From: Macrostomum hystrix
Taxonomy: Eukaryota; Animalia; Platyhelminthes
Assembly: GCA_950097015.1 (NCBI GenBank)
Contig: CATNEN010000037.1
Span: forward strand, 2,108,001-2,172,000
Length of the DNA: 64,000 nucleotides
Direction of reading: 5' to 3'
Shown here: piece by piece, positions 15,101-27,400 of the stretch
How the letters are laid out: the number at the start of each line of letters is the position of its first letter
Position numbering within the stretch: position 1 is the first letter of the stretch
The notes under the pieces: model-generated
The model's database searches: none
What the model was told of the DNA's origin: nothing
What the model saw: only the letters and a program-made list of their open reading frames with translations
Made by a program: the position numbers and the translations under genes

Positions 15101-16038
15101 TTCGGCCTCTGTTATATAGCCTGCTCCCGTTTTTTAATATTCCTCCCTATAAGCACTGCTTGAGCAGAAAACTGATGGAATTCGTCTCGGACAAGAAATC
15201 CTACCACATTTGGGGGGTATGAATTTTTACAGGTTTTCATATTTGCCAGGAATATACACACTACACTAGACTCAATGGATGTTTGTGAGTAAAGAAGGAT
15301 CCCTTTTTCATGGTGGATTTCTGTTTATTAAAAAACTGCGGATTATCCGCACGGAAAGTTTTTTTTTATCTAGCAATTTTCTGTCAAAGCTTCTAAGCAA
15401 AAAACATCATTCTATACGACCGTACAGCTGTTCCATTTTGTGAGGAAGTTTCTTGTGGTTTTGTGAAGCTTGTTGTGGCTTTGTGAAGCTTGTTGTGGCT
15501 TTCTGAAGCTTGTTGTGGTTTTTTGGAGCTTGTTGTGGTTTTTTGGAGCTTGTTGTGGTTTTTTGGAGCTTGTTGTGTTTTTTTGGAGCTTGTTGTGGTT
15601 TTTTGGAGCTTGTTGTGGCTTTGTGAAGCTTGTTGTGGCTTTGTGAAGCTTGTTGTGGCTTTGTGAAGCTTGTTGTGGTTTTGTGAAGATTTTCTTGTGG
15701 TTTTGTGAAGATTTTCTTGTGGTTTTGTGAGGAAGTTTCTTGGGGTTTTATTTGTGTTTCTTGTCGTTTTTTTGTGTTTCTTGTGGTTTTATTTATTTTT
15801 CTTGTGGTGCAAATCGAATAAAACAAAAGTGCATAGCAGCAGAAAAGATACTATTGCAGAGTGCTCACTTTGCATAGTCGTAACGGCAGTAGAGCTCATT
15901 GTCTCGCACAAAGCAGCTCTCCTGCAGGTGACAGCCGCACACTGAACAGGTGACACAGTGCTCGTGCCAGGACTCGGCACGAATCTTCAGCAGGTATTTG
16001 TCTTCTATGCTGCAGTTGCAGCCGGCGCAGATCTCCAT
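6176..16038 (-). CDS. Lmx1: LIM-homeodomain transcription factor, Lmx1 class (352 aa, 2 coding exons)
   Basis: Model complement(join(6176..7064,15869..16038)); phase-2 intron AA|GTGAG...CCAG|G joins LIM1 (CAGCNCSIEDKYLLKIRAESWHEHCVTCSVC...YCRYDYAK) to LIM2 (KFGTRCSCCGQPIGSKELVMRANQHAYHVTCFAC...RKGDQFVVRDGRLFCRFDYERE). Homeodomain [57 protein letters not shown] and C-terminal DPMDKLYSMQTAYF are Lmx1 hallmarks. An additional upstream exon cannot be excluded. Confidence 0.93.
7190..8866. repeat. 42-bp minisatellite in the Lmx1 intron (GGTTCTTTGATGAAGCCGCCTATCTTATCAATCTAACCCACC)n
   Basis: Head-to-tail 42-bp units without unique spacers. Confidence 0.97.
10645..11190. repeat. 20-bp minisatellite (CTCCCTAAATCCATGATGAC)n in the Lmx1 intron
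   Basis: Visible 20-bp period. Confidence 0.96.
12317..13956. repeat. 33/34-bp minisatellite (GCTGTTCAGTGAAGG(G)ATATCTGATGGATAGCGG)n in the Lmx1 intron
   Basis: 34-bp variant on the left, 33-bp in-frame variant on the right, giving the spurious (SEGYLMDSGLF)n ORFs. Confidence 0.97.
15447..15800. repeat. 20-bp minisatellite (GTGAAGCTTGTTGTGGCTTT)n near the Lmx1 donor site
   Basis: Visible period, degenerating toward 15800. Confidence 0.93.
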
Positions 16039-16051
16039 GTGTGTACCTGCC

Positions 16052-16088
16052 TGACTCACTGACTCACTGACTCACTGACTCACTGACT
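16052..16088. promoter_or_regulatory. Four tandem TGACTCA (AP-1 consensus) motifs, 8-bp period, just upstream of the Lmx1 ATG
   Basis: TGACTCA at 16052, 16060, 16068 and 16076; the match is seen directly, function is inference. Confidence 0.35.
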
Positions 16089-16444
16089 GTAGAACTCGCT
16101 GATCGAGGAAATCGCCAAGTTGAGCTCTGATTTTCAAAGAAAGCGGCGTAAATGAGAAATCTCAAGCTTATTTAAGCGAATGAGTCTGGGCTGAAATATT
16201 GGGCTAGGGGGGGAATTGCGGAACAGGCTCGGACCAATCAGAGACGACCTGTCCTGGTGTTGAATGAAGCGAACATTTTTTAAAAACGGATTCCGTTCTG
16301 ACTGTTGCCGCCTCATTGGTTGGCTTGGGGGCGACAAGAAATCATGGGTTGGACTAGAAATCGCAAATGTGGTCCGCTGAGCAGATGCGGTCAGCCAAAC
16401 TCATTCTGAATCCGGCAACGCAGTCAGTTCCAGCACCTCTGGCC

Positions 16445-16990
16445 TATCTCATCTCTGTGCACTCATCTCTGTGCACTCATCTCTCCCTGTCTCATCTCTC
16501 CCCTGTCTCATCTCTCCCCTGTCTCATCTCTCCCCTGTCTCATCTCTCCCCTGTCTCATCTCTCCCCTGTCTCATCTCTCCCCTGTCTCATCTCTCCCCG
16601 GTCTCATCTCTCCCCTGTCTCATCTCTCCCCGGTCTCATCTCTCCCCTGTCTCATCTCTCCCCTGTCTCATCTATGCCCTGTCTCATCTCTCCCTGTCTC
16701 ATCTCTCCCCTGTCTCATCTCTCCCCTGTCTCATCTCTCCCCTGTCTCAACTCTCCCCTGTCTCATCTCTCCCCTGTCTCATCTCTCCCCTGTCTCATCT
16801 CTCCCCTGTCTCATCTCTCCCCTGTCTCATCTCTCCCCTGTCTCATCTCTTCCCTGTCTCATCTCTCCCCTGTCTCATCTCTCCCTGTCTCATCTCTCCC
16901 CTGTCTCATCTCTCCGCTGTCTCATCTCTCCCCTGTCTCATCTCGCCCCTGTCTCATCTCTCCCCTGTCTCACCCTGTCTCATCTCTCCA
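16445..16990. repeat. 16-bp minisatellite (CCCTGTCTCATCTCTC)n
   Basis: Visible 16-bp period; related in reverse orientation to the 54640-55470 array. Confidence 0.96.
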
Positions 16991-17809
16991 CTGACAGATA
17001 TATAGATAGATCGATTGATTGATAGGCGAGAAGCCCAGAGGGTTTTCAGGACCAGTTAGAGAGAGTTGCAACAGGGAGCGGGGGGAGGGGGCGGAGCAGG
17101 TTGGCCCGCCGCAGTACAGGACTCACTATACTCAATCCCCAACTTTAGCAATGGACGAAGGCTGAAGCGCTGCATATATTCAACGGATCCAGCTATTGTG
17201 TCGGACGCGAGATTGAGACCCCGGGGGCGGGCTTGAGATGAAGCACCCGCTGAGTCTGGAGACCCCCTCTGCGATCCCGAGCTCAGCTATGTGTCGGTAT
17301 GCAAAGGTGTGCAAGAAGTTATACCAATTCACTACAAATAGCGCGCCAATTCTTACTAGCAATATTAGAGCCTCAACTCTCACTTTAGCCTTAACTGGAT
17401 TCGAATGCTATATTTATATATTTAAAGCAAAGCTTCAATCTTCAACCCCTCTGTAAGGGGGTGTCGTGGGGAGCTAGTTGAGGAGGCGGGGCTATTCCCG
17501 CTGAGCAGTCTATGGTCTGCTCCAACACGATACGAAGTGCATGCGCCAATTTTACTCAAAGCCTTTCGCCACTTCCAATCTCCCCTCCCGCTGGTAAGTA
17601 CAGCTTTCGGAGTCTAATCTATACGGGGCATTAGCGACCGATATAGGGTGTGAGACAATAGACTGAGAGTAGCTACATGTAGATCTTATAGTTATAGGAT
17701 TTTGATTGACAGGAGCAAAAAAGAACTCTCTGCATATTGCAAGATTAGAATAGAATGGAAAAAATCTGACCTTGTACTCGCAGTGTGAGAGTGAATGATT
17801 AATTTTTGA

Positions 17810-18385
17810 GCTCATGATTAATATTTGAGCTCATGATTAATATTTGAGCTCATGATTGATATTTGAGCTCATGATTAATATTTGAGCTCATGATTCATGA
17901 TGAATATTTGAGCTCATGATTCATGATGAATATTTGAGCTCACGATGAATATTTGAGCTCATGATCAATATTTGAGCTCATGATGAATATTTGAGCTCAT
18001 GATTCATGATGAATATTTGAGCTCATGATGAATATTTGAGCTCATGATGAATATTTGAGCTCACGATGAATATTTGAGCTCATGATTCATATTTGAGCTC
18101 ACGATGAATATTTGAGCTCATGATGAATATTTGAGCTCACGATGAATATTTGAGCTCACGATGAATATTTGAGCTCATGATGAATATTCGAGCTCATGAT
18201 GAATATTTGAGCTCACGATGAATATTTGAGCTCATGATGAATATTTGAGCTCACGATGAATATTTGAGCTCACGATGAATATTTGAGCTCACGATGAATA
18301 TTTGAGCTCATGATGAATATTTGAGCTCATGAGGAATATTTGAGCTCATGAGGAATATTTGAGCTCATGAGGAATATTTGAGCTG
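17810..18385. repeat. 19-bp minisatellite (TTTGAGCTCATGATGAATA)n with palindromic TGAGCTCA core
   Basis: Visible period. Confidence 0.96.
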
Positions 18386-18939
18386 AGCTAAATTGGAGAC
18401 CGCATGATTAAAATGTAAATTTCTTTCGAAAAAAAATGTTTTAAGCACGCATGACACTAACTGATAAGCGTAGGCCCTATCAAGTATGAAAGTGTTCAAT
18501 TTAATGCTCCAATTGATTCTTAAAAGGCCAATTGACGCAGAGGCTAATCGAATGGAAATGGCGACGGACGGACTGCGCAGGCTTTGATGGCTCAGATGAA
18601 ACAGGTAGATTGAAAAAAGCCATTAAACTTTCATATTTTTGTCTTCGTTAATGTGGATGGGATATTTGGCATTTGTGACGCAATGAGGCTTTTAAAAACT
18701 GGTTCCACCTTTTCATATGTACTGTAACATTAGCTATTTTGTAATATATTAAAATATATTTGGAAGGCCAAGTTCAAATACGAAATGCAACCCATAAGTA
18801 TTGAAATGAGTATTAGCACTCACTTTTAGATTAAAAAAAAATATTCGCATCCGATATAAACAATAACTACTACTCATTTGAAGTAGTAAATAAAAAAAAT
18901 AAGGGCAACTCTGGGATAATGAGACAGAGGGTGGATCAG

Positions 18940-20815
18940 GGAGAGAGTGAGTCAGGGAGAGAGTGAGTCAGGGAGAGAGTGAGTCAGGGAGAGAGTGAGT
19001 CAGGGAGAGAGTGAGTCAGGGAGAGAGTGAGTCAGGCAGAGAGTGAGTCAGGGAGAGAGTGAGTCAGGGAGAGAGTGAGTCAGGCAGAGAGTGAGTCAGG
19101 GAGAGAGTGAGTCAGGGAGAGAGTGAGTCAGGGAGAGAGTGAGTCAGGCAGAGAGTGAGTCAGGGAGAGAGTGAGTCAGGGAGAGAGTGAGTCAGGCAGA
19201 GAGTGAGTCAGGTAGAGAGTGAGTCAGGGAGAGAGTGAGTCAGGCAGAGAGTGAGTCAGGTAGAGAGTGAGTCAGGGAGAGAGTGAGTCCGGCAGAGAGT
19301 GAGTCCGGCAGAGAGTGAGTTAGGGAGAGAGTGAGTCAGGGAGAGAGTGAGTCAGGGAGAGAGTGAGTCAGGGAGAGAGTGAGTCAAGGAGAGAGTGAGT
19401 CAGGGAGAGAGTGAGTCCGGCAGAGAGTGAGTTAGGTAGAGAGTGAGTCAGGGAGAGAGTGAGTCCGGCAGAGAGTGAGTCCGGCAGAGAGTGAGTTAGG
19501 GAGAGAGTGAGTCAGGGAGAGAGTGAGTCAGGCAGAGAGTGAGTCAGGGAGAGAGTGAGTCAGGGAGAGAGTGAGTCAGGGAGAGAGTGAGTCAGGGAGA
19601 GAGTGAGTCAGGTAGAGAGTGAGTCAGGGAGAGAGTGAGTCAGGCAGAGAGTGAGTCAGGTAGAGAGTGAGTCAGGCAGAGAGTGAGTCAGGGAGAGAGT
19701 GAGTCAGGCAGAGAGTGAGTCAGGGAGAGAGTGAGTCAGGGAGAGAGTGAGTCAGGCAGAGAGTGAGTCAGGCAGAGAGTGAGTCAGGTAGAGAGTGAGT
19801 CAGGGAGAGAGTGAGTCAGGCAGAGAGTGAGTCAGGTAGAGAGTGAGTCAGGGAGAGAGTGAGTCCGGCAGAGAGTGAGTCCGGCAGAGAGTGAGTTAGG
19901 GAGAGAGTGAGTCAGGGAGAGAGTGAGTCAGGCAGAGAGTGAGTCAGGTAGAGAGTGAGTCAGGGAGAGAGTGAGTCAGGGAGAGAGTGAGTCCGGCAGA
20001 GAGTGAGTCCGGCAGAGAGTGAGTCAGGGAGAGAGTGAGTCAGGGAGAGAGTGAGTCAGGGAGAGAGTGAGTCAGGCAGAGAGTGAGTCAGGTAGAGAGT
20101 GAGTCAGGGAGAGAGTGAGTCAGGGAGAGAGTGAGTCAGGCAGAGAGTGAGTCAGGTAGAGAGTGGGTCAGGTAGAGAGTGGGTCAGGTAGAGAGTGGGT
20201 CAGGTAGAGAGTGGGTCAGGTAGAGAGTGGGTCAGGTAGAGAGTGGGTCAGGTAGAGAGTGGGTCAGGTAGAGAGTGGGTCAGGTAGAGAGTGGTTCAGG
20301 TAGAGAGTGGGTCAGGTAGAGAGTGGGTCAGGTAGAGAGTGAGTCAGGTAGAGAGTGGGTCAGGTAGAGAGTGGGGTCAGGTAGAGAGTGGGTCAGGTAG
20401 AGAGTGGTTCAGGTAGAGAGTGGGTCAGGTAGAGAGTAGGTCAGGTAGAGAGTGGGTCAGGTAGAGAGTGGGTCAGGTAGAGAGTGGGGTCAGGTAGAGA
20501 GTGGGTCAGGTAGAGAGTGGTTCAGGTAGAGAGTGGGTCAGGTAGAGAGTGGGTCAGGTAGAGAGTGGGTCAGGTAGAGAGTGGGTCAGGTAGAGAGTGG
20601 GTCAGGTAGAGAGTAGGTCAGGTAGAGAGTGGGTCAGGTAGAGAGTGGGTCAGGTAGAGAGTGGGTCAGGTAGAGAGTGGGTCAGGTAGAGAGTGGGTCA
20701 GGTAGAGAGTGGGTCAGGTAGAGAGTGGGTCAGGTAGAGAGTGGGTCAGGTAGAGAGTGGGTCAGGTAGAGAGTGGTTCAGGTAGAGAGTGGGTCAGGTA
20801 GAGAGTGATTCAGGT
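18940..20815. repeat. 14-bp minisatellite (GAGAGTGAGTCAGG)n switching to (GAGAGTGGGTCAGG-type)n at ~20165
   Basis: Visible 14-bp period with a sharp internal variant boundary; lies between divergent Lmx1 and iGluR starts. Confidence 0.97.
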
Positions 20816-21496
20816 AGAATTAAATCAGGGAGAAAGTGACTCAGAGGGAGAGTGGTTGCCACGGATCCAGTTTAATCCAGTTTAATCCAGTTTAATTTTA
20901 AATCCAGTAAAAGTGTAAAGAAGGCTGTAAGAACAAGTGAAGCTGAAACTAAAAAGGTTTTGGAAAATCAATATACAAAGCAAAGTTCCATAACAGTCGA
21001 CTACTCATGAATTGCAAACAATCCAAAGTAGATTTGCCTTCATGCAGCAATTGTGTCACCTGAAGTATTCTTAACTGCTCTCCTATGTCCCTTTAGAATC
21101 AAGAAATGCTTTAGTCCCATTTATTGACTAACGTTCTACGAAAAAAAATTGTAACTTGACGAGTTGACTCGATGTTGTCGGAAGCACAGCAGTTATTATA
21201 TTTCAAACATGTAAGTGAATGGTGCAGTGAGCACGTCTAAGATTGGCTGCTAGAGTAAAGCTCTCTTCTCTGAAGGCATATAGGGATCCTAACGGATAGA
21301 TAGAGAGAGAGAGTAGAGATGCTGAGTTGAGCTCATACTGAGCAAACATTTGTGCCTGTATTTGCTTATTTGGGACCCACAAACGACCAGCGACATAAGT
21401 ATAAAATCTAACGGTTTGAAAAAAAACTAAATTTTCTAACATATTTAAGAAATTCAAGTCCGGTGAAGGAAATCTTATAATAAAGAAAAAAATTAA

Positions 21497-24400
21497 ATGA
21501 TTGAGTTCAAACTTCTAGTCTGCGTTCTGTTACAACAGGCAGCTCTGCTGACTGCTCAAGAATCTCAAGTTGTCTGGACTTATCATTCATGTGAGCTAAC
21601 TGAGCAATATTTTTACAAAAAATGTTCTATCTGAAACTGTAAACTATATTTATCTCCAGGGAGTCCAGCTGATTCGTCTGTGACTATGGCTGGACTTTGG
21701 CAACTGCCACTGGATGAGATCACTGCCACTAGAGATGGTGAGACAGACTCCATCAACATCATCAAGGATCCGCCCCTCCCACCATCCAGCATCCGCCCCT
21801 CCCACCATCCAGCATCCGCCCCTCCTGCCATCCAGCATCCGCCCCTTCCACCATCCAGCATCCGCCCCTCCCACCATCCAGCATCCGCCCCTCCCACCAT
21901 CCAGCATCCGCCCCTCCCACCATCCAGCATCCGCCCCTTCTGCCATCCAGCATCCGCCCCTCCCACCATCCAGCATCCGCCCCTTCCAGCATCCAGCATC
22001 CGCCCCTTCTGCCATCCAGCATCCGCCCTCCCACCATCCAGCATCCGCCCCTTCCAGCATCCAGCATCCGCCCCTCCCACCATCCAGCATCCGCCCCTCC
22101 CACCATCCAGCATCCGCCCCTTCTGCCATCCAGCATCCGCCCCTCCCACCATCCAGCATCCGCCCCTTCCAGCATCCAGCATCCGCCCCTTCTGCCATCC
22201 AGCATCCGCCCTCCCACCATCCAGCATCCGCCCCTCCCACCATCCAGCATCCGCCCCTTCCAGCATCAAGCATCCGCCCTCCCACCATCCAGCATCCGCC
22301 CCTTCCTACCATCCAGCATCCGCCCCTCCCACCATCCAGCATCCGCCCCTTCTGCCATCCAGCATCCGCCCCTTCTGCCATCCAGCATCCGCCCCTCCCA
22401 CCATCTAGCATCCGCCCCTTCCTACCATCCAGCATCCGCCCCTCCCACCATCCAGCATCCGCCCCTCTGCCATTCAGCATCCGTCCCTCACACCATCTAG
22501 GATCAGCCACTTCTGCCATCAACCCCATCCAGCATCCACCCCTCCCACCATCCATCATCCGCCCGACCAACCATTCAGCATCCGCCCCTCCCAAGCCAGC
22601 CTCCTCCCTCTTTAAAGATGCGGGATCCAATTACTTCCAATTACCTTCTCTGTATTGTCTCCCGCACCCAACCGCAGTGTGCAGCGAGCTAGCCGATCCT
22701 GCTATTCCTCTGGCCATCTCAGTGTCGGCCTACCACCCGGCAACCCGCCAGGCCTGCAGCCGCAGCGGCCTCGCCTGCGTCCAGACCTCGGCGTCGCCTC
22801 AGCTGGAGCGCCTGCCAGACGCTTGGAATGGAAACAGCGTGGATTTTTATCCCAGCCAACAGTTGCTAGGCGTGATGCTGAGCCAAGCTGCCAGCTGGCT
22901 GGAGTGGACTGTGTTTGTTGTGCTGCACGATAAAGAGGCTGGTGGGTGCCTGCGGCGACGATCAATAGAACTGGGATTGGAGATTAGGGATTTGAGATGA
23001 TACATAAGAATTAGGGACTGGGGATCTGGATCTGGGATCTGGATCTGGGATCTGGATCTGGGATCTGGATCTGGGATCTGGATCTGGGATCTGGATCTGG
23101 GATCTGGATCTGGGATCTGGATCTGGGATCTGGATCTGGGATCTGGATCTGGGATCTGGATCTGGGATCTGGATCTGGGATCTGGATCTGGGATCTGGAT
23201 CTGGGATCTGGATCTGGGATCTGGATCTGGGATCTGGATCTGGGATCTGGATCTGGGATCTGGATCTGGGATCTGGATCTGGGATCTGGATCTGGGATCT
23301 GGATCTGGGATCTGGATCTGGGATCTGGATCTGGGATCTGGATCTGGGATCTGGATCTGGGATCTGGATCTGGGATCTGGATCTGGGATCTGGATCTGGG
23401 ATCTGGATCTGGGATCTGGATCTGGGATCTGGATCTGGGATCTGGATCTGGGATCTGGATCTGGGATCTGGATCTGGGATCTGGATCTGGGATCTGGATC
23501 TGGGATCTGGATCTGGGATCTGGATCTGGGATCTGGATCTGGGATCTGGATCTGGGATCTGGATCTGGGATCTGGATCTGGGATCTGGATCTGGGATCTG
23601 GATCTGGGATCTGGATCTGGGATCTGGATCTGGGATCTGGATCTGGGATCTGGATCTGGGATCTGGATCTGGGATCTGGGATCTGGTTTGCTTCATTTGC
23701 AATTCATTTGCTTACAAGCTTATCTGCTAATTCTTCAGACCTAGCCAAATACCAGGTAGTACTGAGCCGCGCCTTCAACACTGTCTACTTTCGCCAGTTT
23801 AACCCAGCCAGACCAAACGAGACCCTGACAATTTTGCGTTGGATTAAGGACGCCAATTTGAATAGCATTCTAGTTGACGCTGTCGATACAAACTTCGCCG
23901 AGATTCTGTCACTGGTACCGGAATATATTGCTGAAATATAATTTAACAATCAACATTTCTAGAGTCCACCCCTTCTGCCATAAGCCTCATCCAGCATCCA
24001 CACCTCCCACCATCCACTATTCAGCATCCGACCCTCCCACCATCCGGCACCCGCCCCTTCCACAATCTAGCATCCGCCCCTTCCACCATCTAGCATCCGC
24101 CCCTTCCACAATCTAGCATCCGCCCCTTCCACAATCTAGCATCCGCCCCTTCCACAATCTAGCATCCGCCCCTTCCACAATCTAGCATCCGCCCCTTCCA
24201 CCATCTAGCATCCGCCCCTTCCACAATTTAGCATCCGCCCCTTCCACAATCTAGCATCCGCCCCTTCCACCATCTAGCATCCGCCCCTTCCACAATCTAG
24301 CATCCGCCCCTTCCACAATCTAGCATCCGCCCCTTCCACAATCTAGCATCCGCCCCTTCCACAATCTAGCATCCGCCCCTTCCACAATCTAGCATCCGCC

Positions 24401-27400
24401 CCTTCCACCATCTAGCATCCGCCCCTTCCACAATCTAGCATCCGCCCCTTCCACCATCTAGCATCCGCCCCTTCCACTATCTAGCATCCGCCCCTTCCAC
24501 AATCTAGCATCCGCCCCTTCCACCATCTAGCATCCGCCCCTTCCACTATCTAGCATCCGCCCCTTCCACCATCTAGCATCCGCCCCTTCCACAATCTAGC
24601 ATCCGCCCCTTCCACAATCTAGCATCCGCCCCTTCCACAATCTAGCATCCGCCCCTTCCACAATCTAGCATCCGCCCCTTCCACAATTTAGCATCCGCCC
24701 CTTCCACAATCTAGCATCCGCCCCTTCCACCATCTAGCATCCGCCCCTTCCACCATCTAGCATCCGCCCCTTCCACAATCTAGCATCCGCCCCTTCCACC
24801 ATCTAGCATCCGCCCCTTCCACAATCTAGCATCCGCCCCTTCCACAATCTAGCATCCGCCCCTTCCACAATCTAGCATCCGCCCCTTCCACCATCTAGCA
24901 TCCGCCCCTTCCACTATCTAGCATCCGCCCCTTCCACAATCTAGCATCCGCCCCTTCCACCATCTAGCATCCGCCCCTTCCACCATCTAGCATCCGCCCC
25001 TTACACAATCTACCATCCGCCCCTTCCACCATCTAGCATCAGCCCCTTCCACCATCTAGCATCCGCCCCTTTCACCATCTAGCATCCGCCCCTTCCACCA
25101 TCTAGCATCCGCCCCTTTCACCATCTAGCATCCGCCCCTTTCACCATCTAGCATCCGCCCCTTTCACCATCTAGCATCCGCCCCTTTCACCATCTAGCAT
25201 CCGCCCCTTTCACCATCTAGCATCCGCCCCGAAAAATAATCATTTTTTAACAGAATCCTTATTTCAATAGGCAGAGATAGCCAGGTGTACAGGACCGCAG
25301 TACAGCTACTTGTACATGGGCTCAGTGAGTGCTGTTTTACTGCCTTAACAGTTGAAAGATCACGGGGCTATTTCAATACCCACTGCCGACTCCACGATGG
25401 CTCCCAAACCGAATGGCCAATTTTATTGAAATTACACCATCAGAATCAACATTTTCTGCCATTTACGATGAATTAACTTTCAAAGCCGCCCGAGTCAGCA
25501 TCGTCGAGATTCTTGTCGGAGATCCTGGTGGCAAGGACAGCTTACATTGCTCTGTATAAACAGATTCGTTGAATATTTTTGGAGATACAGAAAAGAGAAA
25601 AGTGTGGGTATTTGAAAACCCCCTGGTCTTCTATTGTTAATTAACCAATCGATGACAAGAGTCTAACTACATTAAATCACGTGCTCCTCTCTGGCAGTTA
25701 AATCTGAGCTATTATCGCAGCCACATTGCCTATCACATGCTATCGGGTGTGAATGCCACATGGGTGGACCTAACTTCATTGGAACTCAACTCGGATGCCA
25801 CGGTAACTAATTCTTACGGCTAGCCGAGCGCAGGAAATTACACGAACAGAGAGAATTGCTAAGAACTGGGAAACGATACAAGGCAGCGATTCAAAGAATT
25901 TTCCTCTTGGGAATCGAGATATAATTGAATGGAAACTCTCGGCAATTTTTTCAGGGAGGAGAAAGTTACGAGTTACGAATTACGAGTTGGGAGAATGTCT
26001 AGGGATAGGGAGAAAATCTTGGGTTTAAGAGAATGTCTAGGATTAGACAGAATGTCTTAACATGAATGAATGTCTTAGGGAGAATTTCTAGAGTTAGGGA
26101 GAATGTCTAGGATTAGACAGAATGTCTTAACATGAATGAATGTCTTAGGGAGAATGTCTAGGGTTTGGGAGAATGTCTAGGGTTAGGGAGATTGTCTAGG
26201 GTTTGGGAGAATGTCTAGGGTTTGGGAGAATGTCTAGGGTTAGGGAGAATGTCTAGGGTTATGGAGAATGTCTAGGGTTTAGGGAGAATGGCTAGGGTTT
26301 GGGAGAATGTCTAGGATTTAGGAGAATGTCTAGGGTTAGGGAGAATGTCTAGGATTTGGGAGAATGTCTAGGGTTAGGGAGAATGTCTAGGGTTTAAGGA
26401 GAATGTCTAGGGTTGGGGAGAATGTCTAGGATTTGGGAGAATTTTTAGGGTTAGGGAGAATGTCTAGGGTTTAGGGAGAATGTCTAGGGTTAGGGAGAAT
26501 GTCTAGGATTTGGGAGAATGTCTAGGATTTGGGAGAATGTCTAGGATTTGGGAGAATGTCTAGGATTTGGGAGAGTTTCTTTGGTTTTGGAGTCTGTATT
26601 AGTCTGGAGTTCTAATTTGCTTCTAGGTGAAACAGATAGTTTTCCAAAACTAAGATAGTGAAAAAAATTCACCCAATTAGGATTTGCAGGATTTTTAGGA
26701 CCTTGAGAAAATATGAACCTTACCTTAGGATTTTGTCTGGAAATAAATTTCAGTCCGCAGAGCAGAGATGGCGCCGGGGACTCGCACTAGTGAAGGAGGC
26801 TCTGTCATCGCTGCCTGCCGGGTCAAACGGCAGGGGACTCACAGAAGCGGCCGCTTTGCTACAGGGCAGCGACTGTGGTGTTGTCAGAATGGCTTCTGCC
26901 AGCATCAGGGAGACAATCCAAGTGCGGGAAACAGACGACTGGAAACTTAGGGACTGGGGGAGTAGAGCGGTGAATGGAAACTGAAAGACTGGGGGGTAGA
27001 GCGGTGACTGGAAACTGAGGGACTGGGGGGTAGAGCGGTGACTGGAAACTGAGGGACTGGGGGTAGAGCGGTGAATGGAAACTGAGGGACTGGGGGTAGA
27101 GCGGTGAATGGAAACTGAGGGACTGGGGGGTAGAGCGGTGACTGGAAACTGAAAGTCTGGGGGGTAGAGCGGTGACCGGAAACTGAGGGACTTAAAATGG
27201 ATTACGAATTAGGAAAGTGTACAGATTTCCATTAATTAATTGGAAATTTCCATAGCAATGATTTTGACTTACAATATCGTTATAGGTTTTTTCTGTCTCT
27301 GCTATTTCCTCTCATGCTCACAAGTCCAGAAATCCTTGCAGAGCACAATTTACAAATCGATGGGCAGCCTAATGATATCTGGCAGGCGGTTCGTGAACTT

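Noticed and set aside
14400-15110. Nested plus-strand gene in the Lmx1 intron (splice-like signals near 15030-15066)
   Set aside because: Isolated signals with no coherent multi-exon frame or recognisable domain.
25486-25570. Extra iGluR exon (PPESASSRFLSEIL...)
   Set aside because: The model closes in phase and aligns better without it (YLYMGS joined to LNLS...SGVNAT); it has a weak acceptor and no family similarity. RNA-seq would settle it.
25995-26580. Interstitial telomere (TTAGGG)
   Set aside because: The hexamer occurs singly within a 19/20-bp unit and never as tandem TTAGGG.
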